DNA of 64,000 nt from Podarcis muralis (lineage: Eukaryota), in contig NC_135668.1 in the NCBI RefSeq assembly GCF_964188315.1, positions 26,164,001 to 26,228,000 of the forward strand, read 5' to 3'. Under the pieces are notes generated by a model. That model had not been told where the DNA came from. It was given only the letters and a program-made list of their open reading frames with translations, and ran no database searches. The position numbers and the translations under genes were made by a program. Of this stretch, positions 59,022 to 64,000 are shown one piece after another. Positions within the stretch are counted from its first letter, which is position 1, and the number at the start of each line of letters is the position of its first letter.

Positions 59022-59557
59022 CATACCCTCCATCATTTATCTCAGGCTTCCTCAACCTTAGCCCTCCATATGTTTTTGGCCTACAACTCCCATGATCCCT
59101 AGCTAGCAGGACCAGTGGTCAGGGATGATGGGAATTGTAGTCTCAAAACATCTGGAGGGCTGAGGTTGAGGAAGCCTGATTTATCTGATGAAAATAGGCT
59201 TTCCTATAACAGGGGTCAGCAAACTTTTTCAGCAGGGGGCCGGTCCACTGTCCCTCAGTCCTTGTGGGGGGCTGGACTATATATTTTTTGGGGGGGAATG
59301 AACGAGTTACTATACCCCACAAATAACCCAGATGCATTTTAAATAAAAGCACACATTCTACTCATGTAAAAACACTCTGATTCCCGGACCATCTGTGGGC
59401 CAGATTTAGAAGGTGATTGGGCTGGATCCGGCCCCTGGGACTTAGTTTGCCTACCCATGTCCTAAGGAAAAGTGGGGCATTCCGGGATTAAATCAGATGG
59501 GATGGCTTCTGTAAATCTGGGACTGTCTTTGGAAAATAGGGACACTTGGAGGGTATG
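59022..59557. mobile_element. Nested cluster: outer CATACCCTCCA...TGGAGGGTATG element containing two hAT elements (59043-59178 and 59210-59459)
   Basis: Outer 11-bp TIR. The first insert has exact TSD ATTTATCT. The second is the inverted counterpart of 19049-19357. Confidence 0.75.
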
Positions 59558-60326
59558 TCACATGGGCACCTGATTTTGATGTAATAGGGAAGGGCTGTAG
59601 CAATCCTAAGACACCATAAAAGAGTAATAAAGAAGAAGAACTTAATTCAGGTTGGTTTTCCTGTGACCCTTTTGGAAGGAAAGCTGTTGATCTTCTGTTC
59701 CTCCCGGAAGCCAGAACAAAAGCTCTACTTCGATCTTGTCCTCCTGTCTGCTTCACTCAATGAACGGGTTTGGCTGCTGCATAGCAAAATGATCTTCAAG
59801 ACTACTATGTCCGGCATTTGACTGCAGCTGTTACTGTTGAACTAAATAAAGTGTGCTCATATGTTCTACACAGCCCTATTCAAGCTTCCTTAACTGGGAG
59901 CATGGAAGTGCTATCATGAAACTTGCATGATCTGCAGAGGACAAATGTGCAGCAATCAATGGCTGGCCTAGCTGCGCAGGAAAAGAGCTGCTTTTCTTCT
60001 TGTTGAAAAAATACTGCCAGCTGAGCTCTAAGAAAATACAGCTTCCCAGCAATAAAGACTGATGAACTTGTTTCTGGGCTGCAGGAGAAGTTAATGCTAA
60101 TGCTTCACACCAAAATAAAATAAAAACCTTCCAATTAGAAATTGAGTGTTTCAGGGGAAAGGCTGCCCTGATAACTAATTTTCTATGTGCAGGGAATTAT
60201 CCATGCACTAAATCATATCTGAAGTAATCCAGCTAAGAGCCAAACTCCACAAAATTGGTCTCAGAACGTACTCCCTAATCCGAATCACACAAATCTACTC
60301 TGTCGAGAAGAGATTATATATACTGT

Positions 60327-60837
60327 TGACAAACCTAGACAGCATCTTAAAAAGCAGATACATCACCTTGCCAACAAAGGTCCGTATAGTTAAAGCTATG
60401 GTTTTTCCCAGTAGTGATGTATGGAAATGAGAGCTGGACCATCAAGAAGGCTGATTGCCTAAGAATTGATGCTTTTGAATTATGGTGCTGGAGGAGACTC
60501 TTGAGAGTCCCATGGACTGAAGATCAAACCTATCCATTCTTAAGGAAATCAGCCCTGAGTGCTCACTGGAAGGACAGATCCTGAAGCTGAGGCTCCAATA
60601 CTTTGGCCACCTCATGAGAAGAGAAGACTCCCTGGAAAAGACCCTGATGTTGGGAAAGATGGAGGGCACAAGGAGAAGGGGATAGCAGAGGACGAGATGG
60701 TTGGACAGTGTTCTTGAAGCTACCAGCATGAGTTTGACCAAACTGCGGGAGGCGGTGGAAAACAGGAGTGCCTGGCGTGCTCTGGTCCATGGGGTCACGA
60801 AGAGTCGGACATGACTAAATGACTAAACAACAACAAC
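60327..60837 (+). mobile_element. BovB (RTE clade) LINE 3' fragment
   Basis: Highly similar to 20841-21282, extends further 5' (gacaaacctagacagcatcttaaaaagc), and has a (CAA)n tail. Confidence 0.95.
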
Positions 60838-61597
60838 ATCTTGTTTTCATGCATTTTGCAAACAGGACAAATATTAGCTTGGGGGGGGATCTTTATTGAG
60901 GAAAAATACATTTGCATGTCTCCCTGGTAGTGAAAGGTATGGTGGGTTCCAGAGATGCTCCCACGCAGGCTGTGAGAGCTTCCACCCTCTCCATTATAGA
61001 GCCCACAGGTTTCAGAGACACAGGGGCTCTCTTGCCTTCAGAAACTACCTGGTGAGCCTCTGCCCTTCTGAGATCTGTTTACTTAAGCAGCCTTGCTCCC
61101 CCATTAATCCCTCTATCATCCCATAAATCGCTCCCTTCCTCCAGTTAATCCGTTCTCTCACTGGGGTAGCTAGCCTCAGGAGGGCTGCCTTTTCCTTCCT
61201 CCTACAATGAATTCTAAAACACGGTGGAAAGGATTGGTGTGTAGTAGTCCGGAGTTGCAGGGTGCCAAAGACCCATAACTATTTCTGCAGCAGTGTCCCT
61301 GTCTCCAGTGTCCTACAGCCGCCTGAAAAGGCAGCTTTTTAGCCACATTATGCCCTGAAGTAAAGCATCTAGGAGAACTGAAAACACAAGGGGCTTCAGT
61401 TTCAAGAGAACAGTGTGCAAGTTCTGCTATGTGCAAAGGAACTTCATTTAAATCAATCTGAAAAAGGATGCCGGAGCACTCCAAATCATTTCCCAGGTGC
61501 GTGCACAGAAAACAATAGCTTGGCTAAAAGGAAACACATGGAGATCTGCATTTTGCAAGATATCCTTATTTATTATTACTGCATAATGATAAGATTA

Positions 61598-61837
61598 CAG
61601 TGGTACCTCGGGTTACATATGCTTCAGGTTACTTACGCTTCAGGTTTCAGACTCCGCTAACCCAGAAATAGTGCTTCAGGTTAAGAACTTTGCTTCAGGA
61701 TGAGAACAGAAATCGTGCTCCGGCGGCGCGGCAGCAGCAGGAGGCCCCATTAGCTAAAATGGTGCTTCAGGTTAAGAACAGTTTCAGGTTAAGTACAGAC
61801 CTCCGGAACGAATTAAGTACTTAACCTGAGGTACCAT
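61598..61837. mobile_element. Tigger/pogo-like MITE (right TIR damaged)
   Basis: TA|CAGTGGTACCTCGG start, near-identical to 14041-14282. Confidence 0.85.
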
Positions 61838-62681
61838 TTGGTGCTCGGATTTGCTTGTTTTCCTCTCCCCTCCCTCTCCCTGTTGCCTTTTATGCCATGT
61901 CTATTAGTTTGTGAACCCAAGAGCAAGAACTATGCTGGAAGGGTTTGATTGATCTGTGAGCTACTCTGTGTGCCTCTCCAGCAGAACAGTGGAATAGAAA
62001 CACTTTACATGAATGAATGATCCAAGTGAGATGGAAAAATGCCAAGGAAACGGCAGGCCACACAATTCTCACAACTGTTGGGCTGCATTGGTCTTAGCAG
62101 GCCCCAGGGCCTTTTCAAACATTTCAGAAACTTTGTAACTAAGCAAACTTACATGTGGGCTCCTTGCCCTTCCTCATTTCCCCCCTTACGTCTAATTTTT
62201 AGATTTCTAGTGCCTTGGACGGAGGGACCTGTCAAACTTGTTCTTTCTAAAGCACATTACACACTCAGGGGCAGGCAGATCAGGACCTCTGGGAAATTTG
62301 CAGATCAGAGTTTTTGAAGAAAGCCTGCCTAAGGACCATCTGATTTCTTGTGTACCAACTTGATCACCAAGGTCCTTTGCTGGGGCACTTCTTGTGCTTT
62401 TCTCCACACCCCTGAGGTTCAGTCGGCGTCTGCTAGGAGAGTGTGGCAGGCCCTGCCTTGTGCAACTCCTTGCCAGAAGAGACTCAGCATGAACCGTCTC
62501 CGCCTTCCTTTAGAAGTCTCCTAAAAATTGTGTTGCTCAGACAAACATTTGTGCCAGCTACCATTTATTCATGATTCTACTGTAATTGTGTGTGATGCAC
62601 AATAGTTCCTTTCTGTGGTGGATTTTTGGTGGGGTTTTTTTTTTAATGAAAGTGTGATTTATAAATATTTAGTAAGCATTA

Positions 62682-63037
62682 AAAAAGTAAGGTAAAGGAC
62701 CCTTGACAAGTCCAGTCGCGAACGACTCTGGGGTTGCGGCGCTCATCTCACTTTACTGGCTGAGGGAGCTGACGTTTGTCCGCAGACAATTTTTCCGGGT
62801 CATGTGGCCAGCATGACTAAGCCGCTTCTGATGAACCAGAGCAGCGCACGGAAACGCCGTTTACCTTCCCACTAGAGCGATATCTACTTACACTTTGACG
62901 TGCTTTTGAACTGCTAGGTTGGCAGGAGCTGGGACTGAGCAACGGGAGCTCACCCCATCGTGGGGATTCGAACCGTCGACCTTCTGATCGGCAAGCCCTA
63001 GGCTCAGTGGTTTAGACCACGGCGCCACCTGCGTCTC
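62682..63037 (-). mobile_element. Full-length Sauria SINE
   Basis: Minus strand gagacgcaggtggcgccgtggtctaaaccactgagcc..ggttcgaatcccc head, BovB-related 3' part, (ACCTTT)-type tail, and 9-bp TSD TAAGCATTA (62673-62681, 63038-63046). Confidence 0.93.
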
Positions 63038-63413
63038 TAAGCATTAGGACCAATTAAAAAACCAAGTAGAGAACAAGCTTTTTGAGTTCTCCCAAAGTCT
63101 CCCCCATGTTGAATGTTGGAATTGGGGTGGGCTTGGGGCAGAATAGTGTGAACTCCATTGTGGTTCAGTGGCTAGGTTGTCTTAATTCAGGTTGCAAAAC
63201 CACAGCGAATTGGGCAATCTTGCACAACAAATCTGATTACAAAACTCCTAGGTGGTTTGCTGGAAGGAAAGTATCTAGGAAGAGTGGGATAATTTCCTGG
63301 TTGCCATGTCCTACAACCTCTCTATAAAGAAAGAATTGTCAATAAACAGTGGACATTTTAATATACCTTGCAGGGTTGTTTTGGAGAGATAGTGGAAGGG
63401 GGGAAGTGTTATA

Positions 63414-63639
63414 CAGTGGTACCTCAGGTTAAGTACTTAATTTGTTCCGGAGGTCCGTACTTAACCTGAAACTGTTCTTAACCTGAAGCACCACTTTAGC
63501 TAATGGGGCCTCCTGCTGCTGCTGTGCCGCCGGAGCACAATTTCTGTTCTTATCCTGAAGCAAAGTTCTTAACCTGAAGCACTATTTCTGAGTTAGTGGA
63601 GTCTGTAACCTGAAGCTTATGCAACCCGAGGTACCACTG
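63414..63639. mobile_element. Tigger/pogo-like MITE
   Basis: TA|CAGTGGTACCTC...GAGGTACCACTG|TA. Confidence 0.88.
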
Positions 63640-63863
63640 TACTTCTGTGGGCTTCTTTACAAGAAGGGGTGCAGGTATTTAATTAATAAATGCAGTGCCT
63701 CAGTCCCCAAAGCCTAGAGTTTGCAATAAGGTGTTAGGGAACTGTAGTTTACCAAGGATGATGGGAATTGTAGCATTGTGGATGGTTAATTAGTTCCCAG
63801 AATCCTTGGGGGGGAGTCATGTGCTTTAAATGTATGGTGTGCACACAGTCATAATCTTTCTCC

Positions 63864-63914
<51 letters not shown>

Positions 63915-63915
63915 T
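63864..63915. repeat. (TTTC)n microsatellite
   Basis: Direct reading. Confidence 0.92.
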
Positions 63916-64000
63916 TTCTTTCTGTCTTTCCCAAGCATAGATTTCCTCGACTTTGTGACATTTTAGGGGCATTTATTTAGTGACATTTATTTAGTGCCTA

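Noticed and set aside
50400-64000. Additional protein-coding exons upstream of the lncRNA
   Set aside because: Listed ORFs map to SINEs, BovB, CR1, MITEs or simple repeats, or show no recognisable protein. Small exons of a neighbouring gene cannot be excluded by eye.
1-64000. CRISPR arrays, rRNA or prokaryotic systems
   Set aside because: This is vertebrate intron-rich DNA. The recurring short repeats are dispersed MITE/SINE copies, not regularly spaced arrays.

Overview
Vertebrate genomic DNA from a squamate, most likely a lacertid lizard, judged from Sauria SINE, Squam-type SINEs, BovB and abundant short hAT/Tigger-type MITEs. The window holds the 5' part of the chromatin remodeller CHD2 on the minus strand: non-coding exon 1 (~30760-30211), ATG-containing exon 2, and coding exons 3-7. 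These splice into one open 707-nt frame with canonical GT-AG sites, and the gene continues off the left edge. About 2.1 kb upstream of the CHD2 start, on the same strand, ends a five-exon non-coding transcript model (~49600 to ~32875) driven by a large CpG island. By synteny, orientation and architecture this is the orthologue of the lncRNA CHASERR (LINC01578), the known cis-repressor of CHD2. The most interesting sequence-level observations are: (1) splicing lncRNA exon 3 to exon 4 recreates the same 5' splice site it has just used, and creates a junction-spanning hairpin that could hide it, with a competing 13-nt copy in intron 3; (2) a short uORF (MAYLHFCALS) in strong Kozak context in the CHD2 5' UTR; (3) a candidate 41-nt poison exon in CHD2 intron 4; (4) a 221-bp locally templated inverted insertion. 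From ~50.4 kb to the end I recognise only repeats and no exons. Comparisons with human are from memory and need checking by alignment.
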